DNA from: a virus
Reading direction: 5' to 3' (one strand)
DNA length: 64,000 bases
IMG/VR virus record: IMGVR_UViG_3300047322_000556
Coordinates: 25,362 to 89,361 of that record
Shown: piece after piece, positions 18,089 to 26,442 of the stretch
Position numbering within the stretch: the first letter of the stretch is position 1
Layout: every line of letters begins with the position of its first letter
Program-made: the position numbers and the translations under genes
Notes under the pieces: model-generated
What the model was told of the DNA's origin: nothing
The model's input: only the letters and a program-made list of their open reading frames with translations
Databases searched by the model: none

Positions 18089-18502
18089 ATGGGTTTCGTT
18101 TCTGCAATTGAGCTGCAAAAGCCGATCGTTCGCAATCGCATCAAGAAGGGCGTCGCGATTTCGACCATCCGCAACAATGACGAGGCGTATCTTCAGGTGC
18201 GCATCGACAACGAGACGCTGAAGGAAGCGCGCTTGTTCGTCGGCGATCGCCTCGATGTGCTGTTCGATAAGGAAGGCCGCCTCGGGCTCGTCAAGCGCGT
18301 GAAAGAGGGCGGCTGGCAGTTGACGACGGCAGGCGATAAGGCGGGCCGTGTTCGCGTGCGTTGGGCTCCGGGTCTGCCGCATACGAGCGAGTTTGTCGAA
18401 ATTTTTGACGTGACGGCCGATGAAACTGAGGGCGTCATGTTCCAGTTGCCCGAAGCTGTGACTTTCGTCGGCTCGCCGAAGTTTTCGGAAGCCAAGGCAT
18501 GA
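18089..18502 (+). CDS. hypothetical beta-rich protein (AbrB-like appearance)
   Basis: AAGGA RBS; LQVRIDNETLKEARLFVGDRLDVLFD. Confidence 0.7.
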   Translation: MGFVSAIELQKPIVRNRIKKGVAISTIRNNDEAYLQVRIDNETLKEARLFVGDRLDVLFDKEGRLGLVKRVKEGGWQLTTAGDKAGRVRVRWAPGLPHTSEFVEIFDVTADETEGVMFQLPEAVTFVGSPKFSEAKA

Positions 18503-18765
18503 AGCGCATGGCTGTTGCGGCGATTCTCGCGATCGTTACTGCGACTGCGCTTGCGAAGGGCGGCGGCGGCGGTGGTCACGGTGGTGGTGGCGGTCATGCG
18601 AGCGCAAGCGCGCATCCTTCCGCCTCGGCGCATCCGGTGACGTCCGCGCACGCTGTCGAGTCGCCCGCGCCGCATGCTTCGACGTCGTCGGGCAGTCGTC
18701 CTTTCTCTTGGTTCTTCGGTGGATCAAGAGGCTGCGACAAGTCGAAGCAGCAGGATTGCAAGTGA
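18499..18765 (+). CDS. small secreted Gly/His/Ser-rich protein
   Basis: Signal peptide MKRMAVAAILAIVTATALA, poly-Gly tract, terminal Cys pair. Confidence 0.7.
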   Translation: MKRMAVAAILAIVTATALAKGGGGGGHGGGGGHASASAHPSASAHPVTSAHAVESPAPHASTSSGSRPFSWFFGGSRGCDKSKQQDCK

Positions 18766-18769
18766 TTCC

Positions 18770-19779
18770 TGTGAAGAGGGAGAGTCGCCGGACTTAAATC
18801 GGGGAGTGGCTCGCCTAACGAGCCGCCTCAGAAGAGCGGCCCGCCGTCGTCGCGCCGACGTAAAAGTGGCCGTAGCTCCGTATGTCGATAGGCAAGGGTC
18901 TTTAGCTCGCGTTTGAGCCCTTTCCGTACACAGGGCCGCTCTTCTGAGGTTGCGCGTGGTGTGCAAAGCCGCGCGCGAGCTTCGAATGACTGGCGTAACC
19001 AGTTGGGCCGCCGACCGGCGGTGAGGGGCGCAAGTCGCTTCACCGTCAGCCCGGCAACGAATTCTTCCTACGGGTACTCGCGCGAGCGAGTTTGGAATGC
19101 TGGCAGATATCCCGTTGAATGATCCAGCCCCCGGCGATGCGGGTGTAATCATCAGGTGGCCGTCACCATGAGCATCGTTAATCCTCGGCCGCGTGGCTCC
19201 CGTAAGGAGCCGCCCGCAAAGCGCATTCGCTGAGTGCTCTTTGCGGGTCTGGATGACTACCTTTCAAGACGGACCCTGTAAATGTCCACGAAGGCGCGAT
19301 CAGCTCTGCGTTACATGCGACGACTGACTGCCGTAAGCAGTCATCTCACGCGAAGCATTTGGGTCGGTGCCACCAGCAGTATGCCGATCTCCCCGACCGA
19401 TCAGCGCGAACACGTCATCGGTTCAAATGCTTCGACGTGAGATTAAGCGGTCGCAGCCGCTCGGAAACGTCGCGAGACGCTCCTGACTGCCGGGAAAGTA
19501 CCGGCCCAATTTTGTGTGACCCGCGATGTTGGGAACTACGACCGTAGCCTCGGCGGCCCTTTCGGGGGATAAACGAGGACGAGGATTAGCAGGCGAGTGC
19601 CTCGGCAGCAAAACCCTTGCAGCACAGCACGACTATCCTAACCGCCGTTTCGCTCTAGCTTCGAGCGCGGTCGTCGGGGCTGATCGACGCGAGAGACGAG
19701 AACGGCGTCGCGCGTTCGTTTGCCGAGTGGCTCCCGTAAGGGGCCATGCCCGACTTGCCGCCGTAAGTGGCAGCCCTTC
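18770..19779 (+). ncRNA. candidate large structured non-coding RNA(s)
   Basis: No credible CDS; dense hairpins, six C[GC]TAA pentaloops, GNRA/UUCG tetraloops and long-range stems; abuts tRNA-Tyr. Confidence 0.65.
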
Positions 19780-19866
19780 GCGTGGGTAGTCCCGTAACGG
19801 TATCGGGGGGAGACTGTAAATCTCTTGCCTTCGGCCTTGGTGGTTCGAATCCATCGCCACGCACCA
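19780..19866 (+). tRNA. tRNA-Tyr (GTA)
   Basis: Acceptor GCGTGGG/GCCACGC, anticodon arm GGAGA-CTGTAAA-TCTCT, long variable arm, GGTGG-TTCGAAT-CCATC T arm, encoded ACCA. Confidence 0.92.
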
Positions 19867-19882
19867 TATTTTCGGAGTCTGA

Positions 19883-20371
19883 ATGTCTCGTCGCGTCAAG
19901 CTGGTGCTGCTCGGTGTGGTCGTGTTCATCGCGATCGCGATTCTCTTCTCGTCGTGCAGCTCGCGCGAGTACTCGACGGCATACGCGCCGCAATATGCGC
20001 CGCCGGTCGTCGCGCAAGCGCCGATCATTCAGCCCGCGCCGATCGTCCAAGCTGCGCCGGTCGTCGTGCAGCAAAACGACGGCTTCATTCATGGCCTTCT
20101 GCTCGGGCACATGATGAGCGGCGGCGGCAGTCATTCGGTCGTCCATCACTACGATGCGCCGCGCCCGGCATACGTCGCGCCGCGCACGACAGTCGTCAAT
20201 AACACGACCGTCATCAATCGCCCGGCCGCGCCCGCATACGTGCCGCCAAAGCCCGCTTACGTCTCTCCGAGGCCCGCATACGTCGCGCCGCGCGCAACGT
20301 CCTACGCGGGCTCCTATGCGTCGCGATCGAGCTATTCGTCCGTGACGTCGCGCGCAGTCTCACGCCGGTAA
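19883..20371 (+). CDS. membrane-anchored or lipoprotein-like Pro-rich protein
   Basis: N-terminal hydrophobic segment ending FSSC; (R)PAYV repeats; GGAG RBS. Confidence 0.75.
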   Translation: MSRRVKLVLLGVVVFIAIAILFSSCSSREYSTAYAPQYAPPVVAQAPIIQPAPIVQAAPVVVQQNDGFIHGLLLGHMMSGGGSHSVVHHYDAPRPAYVAPRTTVVNNTTVINRPAAPAYVPPKPAYVSPRPAYVAPRATSYAGSYASRSSYSSVTSRAVSRR

Positions 20372-20388
20372 CGCTCAAGGGGCATCGC

Positions 20389-20508
20389 ATGTACATGACC
20401 GATCTATTCGAAAGCCTGAGCATGTGTATGAACGCCTACGCGCGCGCCGCGTGGCTGTGGTCGATCGAACTGGATCGGCTTTCGGCGATGTGCTCGACGC
20501 GCAAGTAG
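20389..20508 (+). CDS. small hypothetical protein
   Basis: MYMTDLFESL..., AAGGGG RBS. Confidence 0.35.
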   Translation: MYMTDLFESLSMCMNAYARAAWLWSIELDRLSAMCSTRK

Positions 20509-20670
20509 GGCTCTGACGTATCGCGCCGGGTGTCGTTCAGCGCGTAACAGGGGTGGACTTCAGTGATGACCCGACCCGGCGCGATACGCGAGAGTCCAAT
20601 GCAAGGGTAAGAGCGGGTGAGTGCATCAATATCCCGCCGCTCTCAACCCAATTTCAACGAAGGAGCCGAT

Positions 20671-21069
20671 ATGTCGGACGTGCAAGACAACACCGCAGCG
20701 CAAGACGCTGATATCGAACAAGCCGCGCAAGCCGTGGATCAAGCCGCCGCGACGGAAGTGTCCGCAAGCGACGAACCGGCTGTGACGGCTGACGCATCGG
20801 CTGAAGTGCCGGTCGATACGGCGCCGGACGCTCAAGCGCCCGCGACCGATGCTGACGTCGGCGAAGCTGCCGATGCGGCGAAGGACGATGGCGACGCCCT
20901 GGCGGGCGATGTGCTCGACGCGGCCGAAGAGCTGATCCATCCGGCAGTCGGCGAGCTGAACACGCTGCGCGCGACGATCCGCGCCGAGCTCAATGCGATT
21001 CTGACGGGCATCAAGACGCGCGTGCATAACGGCGAAGCGCATCTCGAAGCGCTGATCTCGCGCCTGTGA
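20671..21069 (+). CDS. acidic low-complexity hypothetical protein
   Basis: AAGGAG RBS; Asp/Ala-rich N-terminus, helical C-terminus. Confidence 0.75.
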   Translation: MSDVQDNTAAQDADIEQAAQAVDQAAATEVSASDEPAVTADASAEVPVDTAPDAQAPATDADVGEAADAAKDDGDALAGDVLDAAEELIHPAVGELNTLRATIRAELNAILTGIKTRVHNGEAHLEALISRL

Positions 21070-21160
21070 AGCGTTTAGACGTCCAGCGATGGGCGTCTCT
21101 CAAGTCTCTGTCCGCTTCGGCGTGATGGAGCTGGTTGCCGATCCACAAACGCGGCGGACT

Positions 21161-21184
21161 GGCCGCCCTAAGCGGCCTTTTTTT
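21161..21184 (+). terminator. intrinsic terminator
   Basis: GGCCGC-CCTAA-GCGGCC followed by a T tract. Confidence 0.75.
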
Positions 21185-21195
21185 ACGACTATGGG

Positions 21196-21681
21196 GTGAC
21201 GATGTTTATTCGAAGTGTGCTCGCCGAGATAGGCGCGTATTACGGCACTCGGCGCGGCGTGGGGCATACGACGTGCGCTCTGCGCGGCATGGGCGAGCGT
21301 GTCGAGGCGGCGACGATCAAGCCGCTCATGGTGGTCGGCACGCATCAGCACGGCCGCATCATGGCCGGTCAGATCGGCCGCAATTTCACGACGCTCGGAA
21401 ATATTGAAGGCGGGGCGCTGCGCGGTATCGACCGGCCGCTCGTGTGGGATAACCATGCGATCGCGCTGCTGGCGATGAATTCGTCGCAGGAGATTGAGCG
21501 CGCCGAGCGGGAAAAGTTGGACGCGCTCGCGATGGCCGAGCGAACGCGCATGGATCTAGTTTCGGCGCGTCGTGAGCTCGTGGCCGTCGAACAGAAGTGC
21601 GCCGAGCTGCGCGACGAACTCGCGACGGCGCGCGCGAACGCGGCGAAAGCCACGTTCACGAAAAAGCGCGGAAAGCGCTGA
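21196..21681 (+). CDS. hypothetical protein with C-terminal coiled coil
   Basis: 161-aa ORF with typical codon usage. Confidence 0.65.
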   Translation: MTMFIRSVLAEIGAYYGTRRGVGHTTCALRGMGERVEAATIKPLMVVGTHQHGRIMAGQIGRNFTTLGNIEGGALRGIDRPLVWDNHAIALLAMNSSQEIERAEREKLDALAMAERTRMDLVSARRELVAVEQKCAELRDELATARANAAKATFTKKRGKR

Positions 21682-21685
21682 TCCA

Positions 21686-21886
21686 TCAGCCCTTCGCGCT
21701 GTTAATCAGCCATTCGATGACACTCGTCGCGGTTGACGAGTGCTTCTCGATTAGCCGATTGAGCTTGTCGTTCGTCTCGGGCTGCAGGACGATCGTGAGG
21801 CGGCGGCCGCCAGCGGCAAGCGTTTTCTCGCGGCTCTTGGCGACGCGCTCGGCGTTCGTGGTGGTGCGTTCAGTCTTTGCGGGCAT
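21686..21886 (-). CDS. small ribbon-helix-helix-like DNA-binding protein
   Basis: NAERVAKSREK..GGRRLTIVLQPE; paralog of 13528-13752. Confidence 0.6.
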   Translation of the reverse strand: MPAKTERTTTNAERVAKSREKTLAAGGRRLTIVLQPETNDKLNRLIEKHSSTATSVIEWLINSAKG

Positions 21887-22190
21887 GCGTTGATCCATCG
21901 GTGATAGGTAAGTCGTAGTGGGCGATCGCGCGGCGCAGCTCCGCAAGCGTGAAGCCGAGCATCTGGCCTTCGTTCAGTATCTCGCGCATGACGATGCTCG
22001 CGTTGCGGTTGATGAGGCCCATCTCGCGCGGCGTCGCGGGCAGGATGCCGTCGCGCCCGATCGGGCCGGTGCATACCGTGCGGTCGTAGGCTTCGGTGCG
22101 CTCGTGATACGCGCGCGCCAGTGAGAAAAGCCGCGCATCAGGCGGCGGAAATTCGCACTTAAACATGGATCGAAGTTCGCCGGGCGTCAC
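21870..22190 (-). CDS. hypothetical protein
   Basis: Coupled ORF in the minus-strand early array. Confidence 0.6.
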   Translation of the reverse strand: MTPGELRSMFKCEFPPPDARLFSLARAYHERTEAYDRTVCTGPIGRDGILPATPREMGLINRNASIVMREILNEGQMLGFTLAELRRAIAHYDLPITDGSTHARKD

Positions 22191-22561
22191 GGTTTCGCCT
22201 TGGCGATGAGCGTGTCGATTTCGTGCTCTTCGACTCGGTTGATGTAGCGATGCTTGCGAGCCATGCGATAGCGCGCCGCGTCGCGCGCATCAGCTTGCGC
22301 GGCATGGTGTCCGATCTGAAACGCTGCGCGCATTCCATCGAAGCCGAACGATGCGCGCCTCGCTGCCTGCTCATTCAGCCCGTATTCCGACGTCATCCAC
22401 GCGTCGAATGTGCCGAACTCGGACGTCTGCTTAGCGGCGCTCGCCGCCTGCGCGCGCAAGACTGCTTCGATCGCCTCGGGCGACACAAATTGCATTTCAC
22501 GCGGCGTCAGTTCGTTCCAGATCGCCGCCTCGGCGTCCGTCATCTCGTTTTGTTCGGTCAT
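22187..22561 (-). CDS. hypothetical protein
   Basis: MTEQNEM...; C-terminal RDAARYR module common in phage early proteins. Confidence 0.6.
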   Translation of the reverse strand: MTEQNEMTDAEAAIWNELTPREMQFVSPEAIEAVLRAQAASAAKQTSEFGTFDAWMTSEYGLNEQAARRASFGFDGMRAAFQIGHHAAQADARDAARYRMARKHRYINRVEEHEIDTLIAKAKP

Positions 22562-22615
22562 TGCGTTGATCCAAGGTGAGAAAGTACGGGAGCCGCATCG
22601 CACGGCTCCGGGTCG

Positions 22616-23419
22616 TCATCGCACTTCGGACGCTATCGCGTTCGGGTAGTGCTTCGCGAGGATGAGATTCATCTTATCGACTAGCTCGGGCCGCTTGAAC
22701 GTCAAGTGCCCGTTGCCGTTCTTAAACCATTTGACCGTGAAGTACTCCAGCTCGATCGTGTGGTTGCGCTCCGTCGCGGCGCGGCTCAGGTGGTGATACA
22801 TGCCGTTGCGGTGGTCGGGCTCGGGCTTTCCGTCGAGAACGCTGAAAACCCGCACGAGGTCGTCCAGCTCGTTCGCGTTGCTGTGGTTGACGTGCTGCAT
22901 CCAGTTGCCAGTCGCCTTGTGATACAGGAACGAGACGACTAACCGCTTGCCGAACTTGAAGGGCTGGTTCGTCTTATAGCTCCAGCTTAGGCGCCTGAAG
23001 CAATGGATCACGCCGCGTTCGAACAGCTCGCCGCGCCCGTCGCGAAGCATCGTGAACGTCGAAGTCACGTTCGCCGCCGTAAGCTCGGGGGTCTTGAACT
23101 CGTGAACGCCATTGGCCCATTCGTCGCGGGCCTTCGCATCCATCAGGGAGCGCAGACCCGATTCCTTCATCAGGTGATTCCAGCCGGTCGCGTCGATGCG
23201 CTTGCGCATGGATTCGATGAAGTCCGGGGCGCCGATCGGGGCGCCGCTTGAGCGGCCGTACTTGTCGCCGATGTGGCCGCTGACCGTGCCTAGTCCGGCG
23301 GCGGCGCCGATCGCGTCCGCCTCGTCAATCAGCGCCTTCGCTTGCGTGATGCGCTCGATAACCGCGTCGCGCTGACGCAGCATGTTCTCGACGCTGATGC
23401 TTTTCACGAGCTCGTTCAT
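22616..23419 (-). CDS. DUF4942-like protein
   Basis: FERGVIHCFRRLSWSYKTN.PFKFGKR, LDDLVRVF.VLDGKP.PDHR, FKNGNGHLTFKRPELVDKMN. Confidence 0.8.
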   Translation of the reverse strand: MNELVKSISVENMLRQRDAVIERITQAKALIDEADAIGAAAGLGTVSGHIGDKYGRSSGAPIGAPDFIESMRKRIDATGWNHLMKESGLRSLMDAKARDEWANGVHEFKTPELTAANVTSTFTMLRDGRGELFERGVIHCFRRLSWSYKTNQPFKFGKRLVVSFLYHKATGNWMQHVNHSNANELDDLVRVFSVLDGKPEPDHRNGMYHHLSRAATERNHTIELEYFTVKWFKNGNGHLTFKRPELVDKMNLILAKHYPNAIASEVR

Positions 23420-23625
23420 TGTGCGCCGCCTTTCTTCTTCTGGAAGTCGATCGCGGTCTGTGCGCGAATCCGCTGGAGCACGAGCAAGCCCGCGACGTCG
23501 GCGAACTGGCGGCACATATCGCGATCGCCGAATTCGAGCGCGTTGCGGATGGTGCGCGCGCTGCGATTGTGCGCCTTGCAAAGCGCGCCGATCGTGACGA
23601 TGCGGGTAACTTCGTTGTGGGTCAT
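23416..23625 (-). CDS. hypothetical protein
   Basis: MTHNEV..., AAGGAG RBS. Confidence 0.6.
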   Translation of the reverse strand: MTHNEVTRIVTIGALCKAHNRSARTIRNALEFGDRDMCRQFADVAGLLVLQRIRAQTAIDFQKKKGGAQ

Positions 23626-23635
23626 GGCGGGCTCC

Positions 23636-23977
23636 TTAGACGTTGCGGTAGCTGTAGACCAGCGCCGAGAATTCACGGCCCTTCGTGCGCGTCACGTTGC
23701 TCGCGCTGCCTTGCCAGTGGCCGCAGCAGTCGTATGAGCAAGTGCAGCCGAAGCGCGACGCGTCGTAGATCGCATCGACCGCGTCCTGCTCGCTCACGCC
23801 GCGCGGCGCGACGAACGTCACGCGCTGCTCTGCGTGATCGCCGTACTGGTCATACACGGCCGGGCGGTTCGATTCGAGCCGCTTGAACACGCCGACATAC
23901 TGGCGCTCGTCGTGCTGCTTCGCGCCGTCGCGATACTTGAACGTCTTGCGCGCGTAACCGTGAAATTTCGTCGCCAT
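23636..23977 (-). CDS. hypothetical protein with CxCxxDCCGH motif
   Basis: First gene after the promoter at 24011; GGGAG RBS. Confidence 0.7.
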   Translation of the reverse strand: MATKFHGYARKTFKYRDGAKQHDERQYVGVFKRLESNRPAVYDQYGDHAEQRVTFVAPRGVSEQDAVDAIYDASRFGCTCSYDCCGHWQGSASNVTRTKGREFSALVYSYRNV

Positions 23978-24010
23978 CTTCGTGCTCCCGTTGTGTTTGT
24001 CGATGGAGCT

Positions 24011-24074
24011 ATATTAGTCGCCTAACGACGAACGCGCAAGGGGTAGATGCAAAAAAAGTTACCCGCCAGATAAA
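24011..24074 (-). promoter_or_regulatory. early sigma70 promoter with two operator types
   Basis: TTGCGC-17 nt-TAATAT; TTAGTCGCCTAA at 24014-24025; GTTACC-N5-GATAAA at 24058-24074. Confidence 0.8.
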
Positions 24075-24075
24075 C

Positions 24076-24100
24076 AAAAAGCCCGGCGCGGGGCCGGGCT
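24076..24100 (-). terminator. intrinsic terminator (repeated at 25270)
   Basis: AAAAAGCCCGGC-GCGGG-GCCGGGCT on the plus strand. Confidence 0.8.
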
Positions 24101-24104
24101 CGGA

Positions 24105-24344
24105 TTAGGCGTTTCGCCGCGCGGTGACTGACGCATTGGGCCGCACCTTCGTCTTGCGCTGGATCGCCGCGTAGAACATATCGGCGGGTGCCGCGCTGGC
24201 GTTCTTCGGCGGCCGATAGCCGCTCTTCTTTGCCTGCTCGGCGACGATTCCGACTTGCGACTCGCTCAGCGAATTGAAATTCGCCTTCAAGTCGATGCCT
24301 TGGATCTGCAACGTGTCTGCGGCGTGTTTCCAGTTGACGGCCAT
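24105..24344 (-). CDS. hypothetical protein
   Basis: MAVNWKHAAD..., GGAG RBS after a UUCG hairpin. Confidence 0.65.
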   Translation of the reverse strand: MAVNWKHAADTLQIQGIDLKANFNSLSESQVGIVAEQAKKSGYRPPKNASAAPADMFYAAIQRKTKVRPNASVTARRNA

Positions 24345-24393
24345 GCTCTTGTGCTCCGTTATTGAGCCCGCCGAAGCGGGCTGGGTGGATCTG

Positions 24394-24585
24394 TTACTTG
24401 CTCGCCTTCTGACTGGCTTCAACGACCGAAAATAGGGTATCGCCCCATCGCATCAAGCCGTTCCAGTTGCAGTACTCCGAGAAGAACTCACGCGCCGTCA
24501 TTGCGCGGATATCGTCGTCAGAGTAGCCGCGCTTACGCACGTCCTGCAGCGCGTGCGCCGGGATTTTTGACAGGTCAAGTGCCAT
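24394..24585 (-). CDS. hypothetical protein
   Basis: MALDLSKIP..., GGAG RBS after a UUCG hairpin. Confidence 0.65.
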   Translation of the reverse strand: MALDLSKIPAHALQDVRKRGYSDDDIRAMTAREFFSEYCNWNGLMRWGDTLFSVVEASQKASK

Positions 24586-24625
24586 TGCTTTGCTCCATTG
24601 AGCCCGCCGAAGCGGGCCGGGGTGG

Positions 24626-24916
24626 TTATTGTGCGCGCGGCTCGATCGCGACGATGTGGCGGCGGTTGCCTTGGAAAAACCAGTCGCGTTCGGGGCCGAA
24701 GTAACCCTCGACCACTTCGCCGCCGAGCCAGCGGCCGCGCGGCATAGCGACGGGCGACGGGCCGACGAAGTCGTTGAAAGAGTTGTTGTACGCTGCCACG
24801 CCGTCGATGTGCCCGCGCGATTCGCCAGTGGACACAATTTCGAATTGCGCGCCGTGGAACAGGGCGACGTCGCCCGCGTGAAGCTCGGTGACGGAGACGT
24901 ATTGGACGTTTTTCAT
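24626..24916 (-). CDS. hypothetical protein
   Basis: 96-aa ORF in the early cassette array. Confidence 0.65.
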   Translation of the reverse strand: MKNVQYVSVTELHAGDVALFHGAQFEIVSTGESRGHIDGVAAYNNSFNDFVGPSPVAMPRGRWLGGEVVEGYFGPERDWFFQGNRRHIVAIEPRAQ

Positions 24917-24961
24917 GGCTTGCCCTTGTGAAGAGGAAGCCCGGCGGGCCGGGCGTGTCGG

Positions 24962-25168
24962 TTAGATTGCGATGATGGTCTGAATGCCGCGCTTGCTCGC
25001 GAGGGTGACGGCGATCGTGTTCTTGATCTGCTGGAGGTCGCCGCAGCCCGCGCCGAACTTGCCGTTGAAGCGGTAGCCGACTTTGCCGCTCGCGAAGGTG
25101 GTGCGGAACACTTCGAAGCCGATTTGGCCGCTCTTCGTCAGATACTTCGCGATCAGTTCCGTTTTCAT
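24962..25168 (-). CDS. hypothetical protein
   Basis: 68 aa, GGAG RBS, first gene after the promoter at 25202. Confidence 0.65.
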   Translation of the reverse strand: MKTELIAKYLTKSGQIGFEVFRTTFASGKVGYRFNGKFGAGCGDLQQIKNTIAVTLASKRGIQTIIAI

Positions 25169-25201
25169 CTCTGCGTCTCCGCGTGCGTTGTCGATGTAGA
25201 G

Positions 25202-25264
25202 ATATTAGTCGCCTAATACATGGAGCGCAATAGGGAATCGAAAAGAATTTAGCGGGCCGGTAGA
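25202..25264 (-). promoter_or_regulatory. early sigma70 promoter with two operator types
   Basis: TTGCGC-17 nt-TAATAT; TTAGTCGCCTAA at 25205-25216; TTTAGC-N5-GGTAGA at 25248-25264. Confidence 0.8.
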
Positions 25265-25269
25265 AAAGC

Positions 25270-25291
25270 AAAACCCGGCGCGGGGCCGGGT
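25270..25291 (-). terminator. intrinsic terminator
   Basis: AAAACCCGGC-GCGGG-GCCGGGT on the plus strand. Confidence 0.7.
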
Positions 25292-25294
25292 CGG

Positions 25295-25444
25295 TTACTG
25301 GCGGTTGAGGCTTTGCAGGTATTCGAGTATCGGAACGGCTTCATATCGCGCCGTGTTGAGCGCGTCAACCGTGCGCCGCTCGAATGTCTCGCATATCACG
25401 CGGCCGGTGGCTTTCTCGCGGATGATCCAGCTCGCCGTTCTCAT
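25295..25444 (-). CDS. small hypothetical protein
   Basis: MRTASWIIREKATGRVICETF...; ATGA overlap. Confidence 0.6.
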   Translation of the reverse strand: MRTASWIIREKATGRVICETFERRTVDALNTARYEAVPILEYLQSLNRQ

Positions 25445-26442
25445 GCGCGCGCCTCGGCTGCGACGCGCGCGCTGAGAGTGTCGATTCCGTGCTGAGAGGC
25501 CCGCCACGCAGAAAGGACGTCCAGCGTGAAAACTTCGGTCCAGCCGTTCAGCATAAAGGCGTCGCCGTCGTAGCATTCATCCCAAGCATCGCTTTTGTAG
25601 GCTCGTTTGATGTGCGCCTCTGCCTCAAAACATGCGCGGCCGTCATCAAATCGATATTCCGCAAGCACGGTCGCGGTCCACTCTGGATCGAGCCCATACT
25701 CCTTCGCGCGCTCGGCGGCGGCTCTGTTCGTGATGCCCGCCTTCCAAGCGCGTTTCCCGTTTGGGCCGCTGAACTCTACGAAATAGAGCGTGCCGGGTCT
25801 ATCGGGATTGAAGCCGCCATTGCCGCGATCCATGTGGGCGCAAATAGATTCGAAAAAGTCGCTTCCACGGTTTTTCGCCGTAACGTATTCAGTTTTGCGG
25901 GCCTTCGCAAACTCGCCTCGCCTAGTGAACTGAGCCGCGCACGCGCGCAGGCAGTCGTCTGTATAGGCGGTTTTAAGGGTCGCCATATGCGAGCAGATAT
26001 CTTCAAAAAACGCCTTGCCGCGCTTCCGGGCGGCGTTGTGCGCTCCTGACGCGCGCGCCTTGAATTCCCATCGTGTAGCGAAGCCTTTTGCGATCGCTCG
26101 AAGCTCATCATCGGAAAAGGCGAGAGACTCCATGTGCGCGCAAATGGAGGCCATGAATGGTTGCCCCCGATTGACGGCGACAGAGTATGCGCCGCGATTG
26201 CCCCGCTCGAATGCCTTCCGGGTAGCGTAGCTGCTGGCGATCACGCGAAGCTCGTCGTCGGCGTATGGATCATGCTTGATGATTTCCATGTGCGCGCAGA
26301 TATCGGCCATGAATGCTTTCCCGCGCCTGCACGCGCACTGATACGCGCCTGAATTGCTCGCTTTGAACTCGCGGCGCGTTTGGTATTTTGCTGCCTCCGC
26401 GCGAAGGGATCCTTCGGTATGACGTTGGTAAGGTGCGCGCAT
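25441..26442 (-). CDS. GIY-YIG/T5orf172-like endonuclease with four N-terminal ~50-aa tandem repeats
   Basis: Four repeats ending F..IC[AS]HM; C-terminal GFNPDRPGTLYFVEF..KAGITNR..R..E..GWTEVF; codon usage differs from flanks. Confidence 0.75.
   Translation of the reverse strand: MRAPYQRHTEGSLRAEAAKYQTRREFKASNSGAYQCACRRGKAFMADICAHMEIIKHDPYADDELRVIASSYATRKAFERGNRGAYSVAVNRGQPFMASICAHMESLAFSDDELRAIAKGFATRWEFKARASGAHNAARKRGKAFFEDICSHMATLKTAYTDDCLRACAAQFTRRGEFAKARKTEYVTAKNRGSDFFESICAHMDRGNGGFNPDRPGTLYFVEFSGPNGKRAWKAGITNRAAAERAKEYGLDPEWTATVLAEYRFDDGRACFEAEAHIKRAYKSDAWDECYDGDAFMLNGWTEVFTLDVLSAWRASQHGIDTLSARVAAEARA

Noticed and set aside
19271-19287. Anticodon-like stem-loop GGACC-CTGTAAA-TGTCC plus a T-loop-like GGTTCAAAT at 19420
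   Set aside because: No acceptor, D or T arms at tRNA spacing, and the T-like sequence is part of a long stem; not called as a tRNA or intron-split tRNA
18770-19779. Group I/II intron, tmRNA or CRISPR array as the explanation of the structured region
   Set aside because: No recognisable intron core, no tmRNA ends or tag ORF, no regularly spaced direct repeats, and no cas genes
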